Counted from the first letter of the stretch, positions 28,491 through 35,613 are shown. The stretch is 38,651 bases of DNA from a virus (IMGVR_UViG_3300017700_000457:1-38651); one strand, 5' to 3'. The notes: generated by a model not told the origin, from the letters alone. Numbers and translations: made by a program.

Positions 28491-28948
28491 TAGGTTGCTC
28501 CCATGATTCCAAGTGCATTCGGTGTGACGGTCAGCGTGTTGCCGGTCGTGGTTGCTGGCACATCTGCCGGGGTCGAATCGCCCAGAAAGTGGCCGACAAT
28601 TGGATTCACCTTGCCGTTGAGTGTTCCGACTGCGTACACGACACCACGGCGCCAAGCTGCTATCGAGCCGCCAGAGGCAGTCCATACGGCAGGGTCGCAC
28701 GTGAACTTGACAACGCCCGCCGTTTGGGTCAGCGCGTCATTAGCAAGCGCAATCCCGCCCGCCGTATAGCCGTTTGCGGTCGAAAGCTCGTTCGTTACAT
28801 CCGCAAAGACTTCATCGGTGCTATTGGCCGGCGTCCATCCACTGGCAACCAATGCCAACTTAAACGAGTTCGCCGGGTTAAGCAGATTGGTTGGGCTGAA
28901 CATGTTCAGCTTAGCTTTGTCTGGAAAGATAAATGGGCCTGCGGCCAT
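28490..28948 (-). CDS. Virion-type beta protein (FKLALV...E.S..NGYTAGG..L)
   Basis: GGGAG SD; motif recalled from phage structural/fibre-base proteins. Confidence 0.7.
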   Translation of the reverse strand: MAAGPFIFPDKAKLNMFSPTNLLNPANSFKLALVASGWTPANSTDEVFADVTNELSTANGYTAGGIALANDALTQTAGVVKFTCDPAVWTASGGSIAAWRRGVVYAVGTLNGKVNPIVGHFLGDSTPADVPATTTGNTLTVTPNALGIMGAT

Positions 28949-29003
28949 ACTGGCTCCCGAGATTGAGGTTTATTCTTGCCGTATGATATCACTTAAACAG
29001 AAG

Positions 29004-29034
29004 CGGCCCGCGCAGTTTTTAGCTAGGCGGGCCG
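29004..29034 (-). terminator. Strong hairpin CGGCCCGC...GCGGGCCG followed by CTTCTGTTT
   Basis: 8-bp GC stem with a partial U-tract, upstream of the late genes. Confidence 0.55.
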
Positions 29035-29186
29035 TTCTCTTATCGACGTTGCGCGAATGTGTCCTACCGTTGCACCGGCTCCGCGCTCCACTTCCGCATG
29101 CCCACGTAGACTGCTGCGGTTCAGTCTGAAAGGTGGCCCTATTACAGGCTCTGCGCGTAGGCCGCGCGTGAAATAGTTGTGGATTT

Positions 29187-29260
29187 AGGCGACTGGTGGG
29201 ACTCGAACCCACGACCTCCCGCCCGCAAGCGTTTTCTCTATCCAACTGAGCTACATGCCA
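29187..29260 (-). tRNA. Degenerate tRNA-like element (pseudo-tRNA; anticodon not assignable)
   Basis: TAGCTCAGTTGGATAGAG D-arm and AGGTC-GTGGG-TTCGAGT-CCCAC T-arm are near-canonical. Acceptor and anticodon stems pair poorly; no CCA. Confidence 0.7.
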
Positions 29261-29276
29261 TCGATCCACAAAAGTT

Positions 29277-29305
29277 AGATTACAGATATTCACTCTTGCT
29301 GTCGA
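29277..29305 (-). promoter_or_regulatory. Putative promoter for the tRNA-like leader (pR'-like position)
   Basis: TCGACA-N17-TAATCT, 16 nt upstream of the tRNA-like 5' end. Confidence 0.45.
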
Positions 29306-29334
29306 GCGATTTCTCACGCGACTGTGTTATTTCA

Positions 29335-29478
29335 TCACATGCGCCCCTCATAGTGCGTTGCAGCGGTATCGTCATCCCCGCCACGGCCAGCCTTGATGAA
29401 TTTGCCCATGAAGATAGAAGCGGCAAAGCAGAAGATAATAACGGTGATGATTAATGCGATGATTTCAGGCGTGGTCAT
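29335..29478 (-). CDS. Small single-TM protein
   Basis: MTTPEIIALIITVIIFCFAASIF; AAGGA SD. Confidence 0.6.
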   Translation of the reverse strand: MTTPEIIALIITVIIFCFAASIFMGKFIKAGRGGDDDTAATHYEGRM

Positions 29479-29656
29479 GGCGGTCCTTGGTTGATTCATT
29501 CCACTTGCTAATGAGTTCTTCTGCCGCCGACAGCAACAGCATATGGGCCACAGTTTCAGCTTTAAGGGCCTTTCGCGCTTCTCGCAGCTCGGAATTAAGC
29601 CACAAGGTAAAAAGAAACCAAACTGCAAGCGCTAATCCTAGAGCTACGTTTTCCAT
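29465..29656 (-). CDS. Small single-TM protein
   Basis: AAAGGA SD; N-terminal TM. Confidence 0.6.
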   Translation of the reverse strand: MENVALGLALAVWFLFTLWLNSELREARKALKAETVAHMLLLSAAEELISKWNESTKDRHDHA

Positions 29657-29705
29657 ATCTTCCTTTCAATGTGCCGCGCAGGGTGAGTGCGCGGCGGGGT
29701 GGTTA

Positions 29706-30083
29706 TCAGACTTTGGTGAACGTGCGCTGCACAACCATGACTTCTTCTTCCGTGCAGGTCAGGCCGTAGGCGTCTTCCATCCATTCAACCGCTTCCGGTT
29801 CGCCGTGCTTGCCGCCGCCATACCAGTACGTCCAGCCGATCCATGAGCCATCGGGCGCTTTGGCGGCGACGGATTGCGCTTCGTAGTGGCGGGAATGCGG
29901 CTCAGGGATATTCGTTTCCATCTCGCCGCCGCGCACTTCGCTTCGCAGGTCCTGCATGCTGTCTTCGTCGTCTTCTTCGACTTTTCCGTAGATATCATCG
30001 ATGTTCTCAGCCGTGATTTCCGGCAGAGTCAAGCCGATAAAGCGGTTGAGGATCATGTGTTTGAGTTTTTGCTGTGGTGTCAT
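29706..30083 (-). CDS. Acidic hypothetical phage protein
   Basis: GGGAG SD; SRHYE..SVA...PDGSW.GWTYWYGGGKHGEP motif. Confidence 0.8.
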   Translation of the reverse strand: MTPQQKLKHMILNRFIGLTLPEITAENIDDIYGKVEEDDEDSMQDLRSEVRGGEMETNIPEPHSRHYEAQSVAAKAPDGSWIGWTYWYGGGKHGEPEAVEWMEDAYGLTCTEEEVMVVQRTFTKV

Positions 30084-30126
30084 TTTTGTTATCTCCCTTG
30101 TGCTGCGTTATTGCCAGAATGGGCGG

Positions 30127-30729
30127 TTACTTACTGAGTGCGCGAAGCTTTGCGCGGTAGTGCGTCTTGATTTCGATAAGCTGCTCGACGGTCCACTTTC
30201 GCGGCGTCTGGTCGGCTTCCAGCGCTTCGACAGCGGCAAGGCCGATACGGGCAATCAGGCCAATGCGATAGTCGGTAGCGTTGCCAGATGCGTAGCGGTT
30301 CTCCTGCTTGCTCTGTGCATGGCAGTTGCGCTCATCGAATCGTAGGTGGGGCGCGCTCCCCCGGCTCCTATAGTGGCCGGCATCGACGTTGTTCCCGGAC
30401 CAGTCGAGCGGCTTGCCACTGGAAATGCAGGCGTGGCCGGCGAGTTGGTCCCGCATCCTGATAAACGCATTGAACGCGATTTGAGCATCCGACACGTGAT
30501 CGCCCCGCGTCTTTAGTGCCGCCTTCCGTACCTTGTCGGCTTTGCGCTCGCGCGCCTGGTGCTTTGCCTGCCCGACGACGACAGCGCAAGTAGGCGAGCA
30601 CGCATCGTGAGTCATGCTGCGCGGTGCAAACGGTGTACGGCATGATTTGCACTTGCGCATCCGTGGCCCCTTGGCTGGTCTAGGCTCTTTGCTCGGCACG
30701 GTGCGTAATCCGGTACGTTGCAGCGTCAT
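30127..30729 (-). CDS. ninG: NinG/Rap-like recombination endonuclease
   Basis: CK.C...F.P.....CS..CA, AQ.AFNAFIR.RD, DAGHYRSRG.APHLRFDE.N.HAQ. Confidence 0.9.
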   Translation of the reverse strand: MTLQRTGLRTVPSKEPRPAKGPRMRKCKSCRTPFAPRSMTHDACSPTCAVVVGQAKHQARERKADKVRKAALKTRGDHVSDAQIAFNAFIRMRDQLAGHACISSGKPLDWSGNNVDAGHYRSRGSAPHLRFDERNCHAQSKQENRYASGNATDYRIGLIARIGLAAVEALEADQTPRKWTVEQLIEIKTHYRAKLRALSK

Positions 30730-30893
30730 GCGGCCTCCTGTTTTGTTGGCATCGCCTTGAATTTCGTCCGCAATATCACACGCTGTAACAGGTCTGCATT
30801 ATCTGTGAGACAGTTGTCGTTCCTATTGTGCTTCGGGCGAGTTTTATTGCAATGGACGCACAACTTCGCCTGATCTTTCGAATCACTCATCAT
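30726..30893 (-). CDS. Small Cys/His protein (CVHC...H....C)
   Basis: Read by hand, 55 aa; ATGA overlaps on both sides; GGAGG SD. Confidence 0.55.
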   Translation of the reverse strand: MMSDSKDQAKLCVHCNKTRPKHNRNDNCLTDNADLLQRVILRTKFKAMPTKQEAA

Positions 30894-31579
30894 GCGGCCT
30901 CCAATAAGTTAGCCTGATAAAATTTCTTCTCCCAGAACGGCGAGCACTGTATTGCATCCCACCTGTCGGCCATTTCGCGCGCCGTGCGCTTCCCGTTGCT
31001 ATGGTTGCGGCCAATGTCGGTACTGTCCACGCTGGCGAATGGGTAGCCCCACCGCGCTGCGTTCATTCCGCGTAGCATATGCAACCAAGCCGGCACGCGC
31101 CCAGTCTTACATATTGTGTTCATTGCCTCAGTCATGCGGTGATGCCAGTTGTCCGCGCCAACAACTCTATATTCAGCCGATGACCCAATACAAACCCGTT
31201 CCCATTCGTCGCACAACCGCTTGAGCCGGTCGATTGGCTCGTGCATGTGCCAGACTGGCGCGCCGCGCTGTCCATGCGGCCACTGCTTAATTAACGCGTC
31301 GTTTTGCTCAGCATCGCCCATGATTACGTCCGGGATAACTGCCCAGGTGGTGCGATATGCAAGCCACTTGTCGCACCATGCATAAAAGTCTGGCCAGTCT
31401 GGCACGCGGCCTTTGGTCCAAGCTGTGAAGGCGCCGTTATCGAGCATCACACCTTCTCCATTTTTGTGACACCAAACAACGTCATCTTTGCGGGCAGCTG
31501 ACACGCAAAAGGAACGCCCCGGCAATTCCTCAAGAACGGGGCGCGGTGTAATCGGCGTGCCGTGGTAGTGGATCGTCAT
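30890..31579 (-). CDS. TGT/DpdA-like TIM-barrel transglycosylase
   Basis: Ordered motifs LDNGAF, IPDVI.G, PVWH, CIGSS, HMLRG, SVDST parallel the TGT core. Start at ATG 31579 (TAATG overlap). Confidence 0.72.
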   Translation of the reverse strand: MTIHYHGTPITPRPVLEELPGRSFCVSAARKDDVVWCHKNGEGVMLDNGAFTAWTKGRVPDWPDFYAWCDKWLAYRTTWAVIPDVIMGDAEQNDALIKQWPHGQRGAPVWHMHEPIDRLKRLCDEWERVCIGSSAEYRVVGADNWHHRMTEAMNTICKTGRVPAWLHMLRGMNAARWGYPFASVDSTDIGRNHSNGKRTAREMADRWDAIQCSPFWEKKFYQANLLEAA

Positions 31580-31722
31580 TAGCGGCCGTCCCAATGACTG
31601 TATGATTCTTTTGCATCACAATGGCGACATGTGATTGTCCAGCAACCACTGTCGTTCATGTCAGACCACACCGCCGAATGGAACCCTAAGTAGCAAAACA
31701 GTTTTCGGATCAATGATTTCAT
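31579..31722 (-). CDS. 47-aa Zn-finger-like peptide (C..G.H...C..C)
   Basis: Read by hand: MKSLIRKLFCYLGFH...CRHC; coupled at both ends. Confidence 0.6.
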   Translation of the reverse strand: MKSLIRKLFCYLGFHSAVWSDMNDSGCWTITCRHCDAKESYSHWDGR

Positions 31723-31967
31723 ACGCCGCCCCGCACAGTTTCAATACCGACACCATGATGATGAGCCGTCAAAGTCTGGCGCCCTGGTAATGCCTGAGTG
31801 AGTGAGTCCGCAATATCTTCGTGGTATCCATCTCTAGGCAAGGAATCAACAACTGACATGATTTCCTCGACCATAATCGTTACCTTGGACTCGATGGAAA
31901 GCGCGTAGATGATAACCGCATCATTATTCGGGCACTTCGCCATAAATTTAATTGTGTAAGTGTTCAT
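31719..31967 (-). CDS. Minimal QueF-like T-fold protein
   Basis: F.AKCP, M-VEEI, YHE.IAD.L, HHGV.I.T motifs; GGAGG SD; ATGA overlap. Confidence 0.65.
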   Translation of the reverse strand: MNTYTIKFMAKCPNNDAVIIYALSIESKVTIMVEEIMSVVDSLPRDGYHEDIADSLTQALPGRQTLTAHHHGVGIETVRGGV

Positions 31968-32101
31968 ACCGGACACCTCCGCTTACTTTCCCTGAGGTAC
32001 GCGCCAAGCCGGCAGCGAAGGCGAGTCATCAGCATGCGAAATATGAGTTCGGCGCAGGCGTGCGAGCGGTCGTAGTTGATGTACTGGTAGCGGGCAGTCA
32101 T
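31964..32101 (-). CDS. Small basic hypothetical protein
   Basis: Read by hand; ATGA overlaps on both sides. Confidence 0.45.
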   Translation of the reverse strand: MTARYQYINYDRSHACAELIFRMLMTRLRCRLGAYLRESKRRCPV

Positions 32102-32877
32102 GAGCTCACCTGGCCGCGCTGTGATGCCCAATCGAACGTTACCCAGATGCCGCCCTCGCGCAGCCGGTCAAAGCTGCGATCACCGAGGAACGTTTTCAAG
32201 CCCGCCTTGCCTTGGTTTGTGAGCAGGATCGTCGGCATCAGGTCGCGATAGCGCTTGTCGATAATGTCGAACAGGTTCACTTGCTCGGCTTCGGTCCCGT
32301 ACTGGACGCCGACTTCGTCAAGAATCAGCAGGTGGACGCCGGCCAGCAGGTTAAGCACTTCCGTTTCCGTCTTGTCTGACCCACGGCGCCATGTGTCCCG
32401 GATCATGCGTACGGCGTCGATGGCGGAGGTGTACAGCGCCGTATGCTGGTCCATGACAGCCTGAGCAATGGCGATAGCAAGATGGCTTTTGCCAGTGCCG
32501 GGCATTCCCGAGAACACGACGACAGTACCACTCCGGTAATGCTGGTCGAAGTTATGCGCAAACTCCATCGCCGTAGTGAGCGCTTTTTCCTTGTCCTGGC
32601 TATCAGCAACGAACGAGGCGAAGTCCTTCGAGCGGTAGCGAAGCGGAATTCCGGATTGCAAAAGCCTGCCTTCCAAGTGCTTTTGCGCGTCCTCGGCGTC
32701 CTTCTTTGCCTTCGCTACTGCTTCTGCCTCTAAGGCGATCTGGTTGCACTCCGGGCAGCTCAGCCAGTGTGTCTTCTTTCCAAGCGTAAACCCCTTACTA
32801 GTGAAGACGCCATGGAATCGGCACTCATCTTGCTTTTCGTGCTGCGCGATCAGAGGCGCGTTATGTGATCCGTCCAT
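32098..32877 (-). CDS. DnaC/IstB-like AAA+ helicase loader
   Basis: C..HG...CP.C; Walker A G.PGTGKSHLA; LLILDEVG; R..DRL. Start reassigned to ATG 32877. Confidence 0.92.
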   Translation of the reverse strand: MDGSHNAPLIAQHEKQDECRFHGVFTSKGFTLGKKTHWLSCPECNQIALEAEAVAKAKKDAEDAQKHLEGRLLQSGIPLRYRSKDFASFVADSQDKEKALTTAMEFAHNFDQHYRSGTVVVFSGMPGTGKSHLAIAIAQAVMDQHTALYTSAIDAVRMIRDTWRRGSDKTETEVLNLLAGVHLLILDEVGVQYGTEAEQVNLFDIIDKRYRDLMPTILLTNQGKAGLKTFLGDRSFDRLREGGIWVTFDWASQRGQVSS

Positions 32878-33691
32878 CTTCGATCCCTTCCCTGTAGTCG
32901 ATTTTGTCAAAGTTGCTATGCCGTGATTGCGTTGCTAGTGGTGCACCTGCTTGCGGCCTTCGGTCATCACGGATCGGGTACACATCAACCCAGTTCGCCA
33001 TGGTCGATTTATCGAGAACTGCGGCAATGTCCTGACCGGAACCACGCATTGAATCCAAAGCAGCAAGCAGGAGTTCGATCGCTCGCTCTGTTGGAGGCTT
33101 CTTGATCTTCTTGCGCATTTCAAGATAACCAGACCAAGATTCCATCGGCAACCAATCGGGCAGAGCCGAAGGCGACGCCTTGGGTTTGACTTTCTTTGGT
33201 TCTTGGTTCTTGGTTATTGGTTCTTGGTTATTGGTTATTGGTTGGTTGACCTCCCGTTGACTTCCCGTTGACGTTTCGTTGACGCTCCGTTGACCATCCG
33301 TTGAACGGTCGTTGAACGGTCGTTGAACGGCCGTTGACGTTCCGTTGACCGCCTGTTGCCGCCTAGCCTGTTTTGCAGCCGCTGAAGCCACACCAGCCGC
33401 TGAAGCTTGAGACTTTGTTTTACGGTATGCCGCCAACTCTTCTTCGCACCGGCCATGGAACCATCCATTGGGAGTCTCGGCAAAGAACTCGTCAAGAACG
33501 GCAATAACGGCCGCTTTCTCTGCCTCATCACGGGCTAGAACTTTGCGACAGATCATGGCAACGTCCAAAGGCAATTGCTGCTCTGTTGTGTAGTAGAGGT
33601 GCATCATATCCAAATAGATGCTTCGCTCTATTCTTGTAAGGTGGCGGGTCTTCTTGTCGAAGTCGCCTATATTGTGCTGGTAGTAATACAT
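32861..33691 (-). CDS. Replication initiator (DUF1376/YdaU-type)
   Basis: MYYYQHNIGDF...T.HL...E..IY..L...YY motif; internal iterons; precedes the DnaC-like gene. Start reassigned to ATG 33691. Confidence 0.88.
   Translation of the reverse strand: MYYYQHNIGDFDKKTRHLTRIERSIYLDMMHLYYTTEQQLPLDVAMICRKVLARDEAEKAAVIAVLDEFFAETPNGWFHGRCEEELAAYRKTKSQASAAGVASAAAKQARRQQAVNGTSTAVQRPFNDRSTDGQRSVNETSTGSQREVNQPITNNQEPITKNQEPKKVKPKASPSALPDWLPMESWSGYLEMRKKIKKPPTERAIELLLAALDSMRGSGQDIAAVLDKSTMANWVDVYPIRDDRRPQAGAPLATQSRHSNFDKIDYREGIEDGRIT
33196..33350. repeat. Putative replication origin: about 10 iterons of 11-bp period (CGTTGAC core) plus 7-bp TTGGTT(A/C) tandem repeats
   Basis: GTTGA recurs every 11 bp over 33245-33350; TTGGTT(A/C) x6-7 over 33196-33247; inside the initiator gene, as in lambda O. 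Confidence 0.85.
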
Positions 33692-33710
33692 TTGAAGCGC
33701 CCATAAAAAA

Positions 33711-33788
33711 AGCTTCTCTAATGCACCGTCCCGTATTTCTACGGGTTGGCGGAACCAGTCAGGACTGGCCACGGGGCATTGAGAAGCT
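33711..33788 (-). ncRNA. C4/CI-type cloverleaf antisense RNA candidate (78 nt)
   Basis: Long closing stem AGCTTCTC-AATGC/GCATT-AGAGAAGCT, two inner hairpins, unpaired CCGCCAA complementary to upstream TTGGCGG (33810-33804). Confidence 0.75.
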
Positions 33789-33855
33789 CCCTGATTTTTA
33801 AGCCCGCCAAGGCAAACAAATATTCGCACGGAAATTGATACTCCGCAAGCTATTT

Positions 33856-34044
33856 CTACGGAAATTTCCATCCTGCTAGATCAGCATAGCCTGGTACCAC
33901 ATAAAACCCGGAGCCGTCCAAGTAGACAGTGAGCAGCGCTTCAGAGCCATTGCGATGCACGCCGACTATCTGGAAGCCGTCCTTATGTGGAATGCTCGCC
34001 AGCGGGCGAATACGGGCGTTGTCGGGGCGGTTAGGGTTGGCCAT
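33856..34044 (-). CDS. Hypothetical protein
   Basis: AAGGAGG SD before ATG 34044. Confidence 0.7.
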   Translation of the reverse strand: MANPNRPDNARIRPLASIPHKDGFQIVGVHRNGSEALLTVYLDGSGFYVVPGYADLAGWKFP

Positions 34045-34135
34045 TGTTTCCTCCTTCAATTACCCAAGCAAGAGCCACGAAGACGATGGCCGCGAAATAG
34101 AACGGGTGCGCCAGGTAGTAGCGGATTGTTTTCAT
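34031..34135 (-). CDS. Small single-TM peptide (MKTIRYYLAHPFYFAAIVFVALAWVI...)
   Basis: Read by hand; ATGA overlap. Confidence 0.5.
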   Translation of the reverse strand: MKTIRYYLAHPFYFAAIVFVALAWVIEGGNNGQP

Positions 34136-34536
34136 GGCATGGCACCAAGCGCCGACAGCCAGTTATTCGGACGGCTGATAGCCTTCTTTGCTGCATAGCG
34201 CGCACGGTGCCGCGACAGAAAGAGGTCGTATGCCTCCGGGTCGGCTTTGATGCGCTTGATACGGTTGCGCTCGTTGATGACGTTGCTGCGCGGCTTGGGC
34301 TTGCGAGCATTGGTGCCAGCACCCCACACGTACAGCGCGACACGGTGGCGAACGCCATCAAGGCGCCAAGCGGCAATGTGCATCTTGCCGTCAGCGATCA
34401 GCGCGCGCAGGTACTGGCCGGCGCTTACCTCGTTCATGAAGCAGGCGGCGGAAAGTTCCTTTTGCGAGACAGGGGAGGCGGTGGCCGCTTCAATGTCTGC
34501 CAGGCGCTTGATAGTGCGGGTGTCGAGTGGGTTCAT
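34132..34536 (-). CDS. Winged-helix-like DNA-binding protein
   Basis: SQKELS..C.M..VS..QYLR.L...G..HI..W pattern. Confidence 0.7.
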   Translation of the reverse strand: MNPLDTRTIKRLADIEAATASPVSQKELSAACFMNEVSAGQYLRALIADGKMHIAAWRLDGVRHRVALYVWGAGTNARKPKPRSNVINERNRIKRIKADPEAYDLFLSRHRARYAAKKAISRPNNWLSALGAMP

Positions 34537-34700
34537 GCCGGCACCGTTATCAGCGGCATATCAGACATAGCACGCCACTCTTTCATGCTTAGAACAAACG
34601 GCATTGCATGAGGGCGGCGCACCATGACATACGTGTCAGTCCACGCCATTGCGGTAATTTTGCCCAAGCTGTCATACCGAATATTGCTCACGGCGCTCAT
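34533..34700 (-). CDS. Small hypothetical protein (YVMVRRP.A.PFV)
   Basis: Read by hand; ATGA overlaps on both sides. Confidence 0.6.
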   Translation of the reverse strand: MSAVSNIRYDSLGKITAMAWTDTYVMVRRPHAMPFVLSMKEWRAMSDMPLITVPA

Positions 34701-34906
34701 GATGCCACCTGCGCCACATCAACACGCATCTTCGCGGCTGGCGTAAAGTTGGACACTTGGGAGGCGCAGCGGTCGTACTCAGCAAGCCAGTCAACGAGAG
34801 CGAGGGCGCCGGGGTTCATGCCGTGCGAGTCGCGGGATTTGCCGCCATCGAAAGCGGCGCGAGCACGTGCGCGGATAGTGGCGCGGGAAACGATTTGATT
34901 TGTCAT
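34697..34906 (-). CDS. Hypothetical protein
   Basis: ATGA-coupled. Confidence 0.7.
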   Translation of the reverse strand: MTNQIVSRATIRARARAAFDGGKSRDSHGMNPGALALVDWLAEYDRCASQVSNFTPAAKMRVDVAQVAS

Positions 34907-35103
34907 TGGTTCACCTTCGATACTTTGCGGAGTTCTTCGACCGAGCTGGCAAGCGCCTCGCCGGCAACCTCATAGCGACCCAATGAGCGAACGCGGTCAC
35001 GCTGCGGGCCTTTACTGAATGCTTGCGTCTCTTGGCGACGGTCGAGCCATTTATCAGCCGTCGCCAGCACTTTCGTTACTGCGTATTCTTGTGCTTTACT
35101 CAT
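34903..35103 (-). CDS. Hypothetical protein
   Basis: AAAGGAG SD before ATG 35103. Confidence 0.7.
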   Translation of the reverse strand: MSKAQEYAVTKVLATADKWLDRRQETQAFSKGPQRDRVRSLGRYEVAGEALASSVEELRKVSKVNQ

Positions 35104-35149
35104 AACTTCTCCTTTTACGCCCACCGATGAGTGGGCTATTTTCCGTGGT

Positions 35150-35437
35150 TCATTTCTTCGTGGTGATGTGAGCTGCTGCTTGCTTCTTGCGCGCCCTTGA
35201 TTTAGGGAGCCGGTTTGTCTGCCGCATGTATTCCCAATCAGTAGCCGGCCAGAAGTCCTCGCAACGAATCTTGCCCTCAGTCAGACGCTCAACTGTCGGG
35301 CAGTATTCGGCGGGCAAAGTCTGCTCGCGCTTGATCCAGTTCCACAGGCGCTGTGGTGAGATATCGAGCGCAGCGCAGAACGCCGGGCGGCCTCCTAAGA
35401 GGTCGATTGCTTCGGTGAGTTTATTTGATTTGTCCAT
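35150..35437 (-). CDS. Cro-like (YdaS-type) HTH regulator
   Basis: AI..LGG....A.L.ISPQ...NW....P..YCP..E..T.G....E...P..DW; first gene of the replication unit. Confidence 0.9.
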   Translation of the reverse strand: MDKSNKLTEAIDLLGGRPAFCAALDISPQRLWNWIKREQTLPAEYCPTVERLTEGKIRCEDFWPATDWEYMRQTNRLPKSRARKKQAAAHITTKK

Positions 35438-35442
35438 GCGCT

Positions 35443-35564
35443 ATTTAAACACGTGTTTATAGATCGCGTCAAGTGACATGAACACCTGTTATTTTGTGTG
35501 GTTGAATTTATTTCGCAAATTTCTTAAACAGTGGTTGACGCGGCGATAAACAATCGTTTATCAT
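35443..35564. promoter_or_regulatory. Divergent early promoters with four TAAAC-N4-GTTTA operators
   Basis: Operators at 35446-35459, 35479-35492, 35525-35538 and 35547-35560; TTGACG -35 boxes at 35472-35467 (-) and 35535-35540 (+); TATCAT at 35559-35564. Confidence 0.85.
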
Positions 35565-35613
35565 TCTTCTATCGGTTCAGCAACAACGAACCACAGACAA
35601 CCAGGAGATGAAC

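Noticed and set aside
29187-29260. Functional tRNA (e.g. Ala-TGC or amber suppressor) or attP core
   Set aside because: Anticodon and acceptor stems do not pair properly, there is no CTA anticodon, and no integrase is present.
28970-29317. 115-aa minus-strand ORF
   Set aside because: Runs through the tRNA-like element and hairpins, with no SD and non-protein-like composition.
30726-30893. Suspected frameshifted pseudogene
   Set aside because: On re-reading, the frame is continuous (55 aa).
33692-33871. 60-aa N-terminal extension of the initiator in the ORF track
   Set aside because: It overlaps a structured RNA, and the family-like N-terminus begins at ATG 33691.
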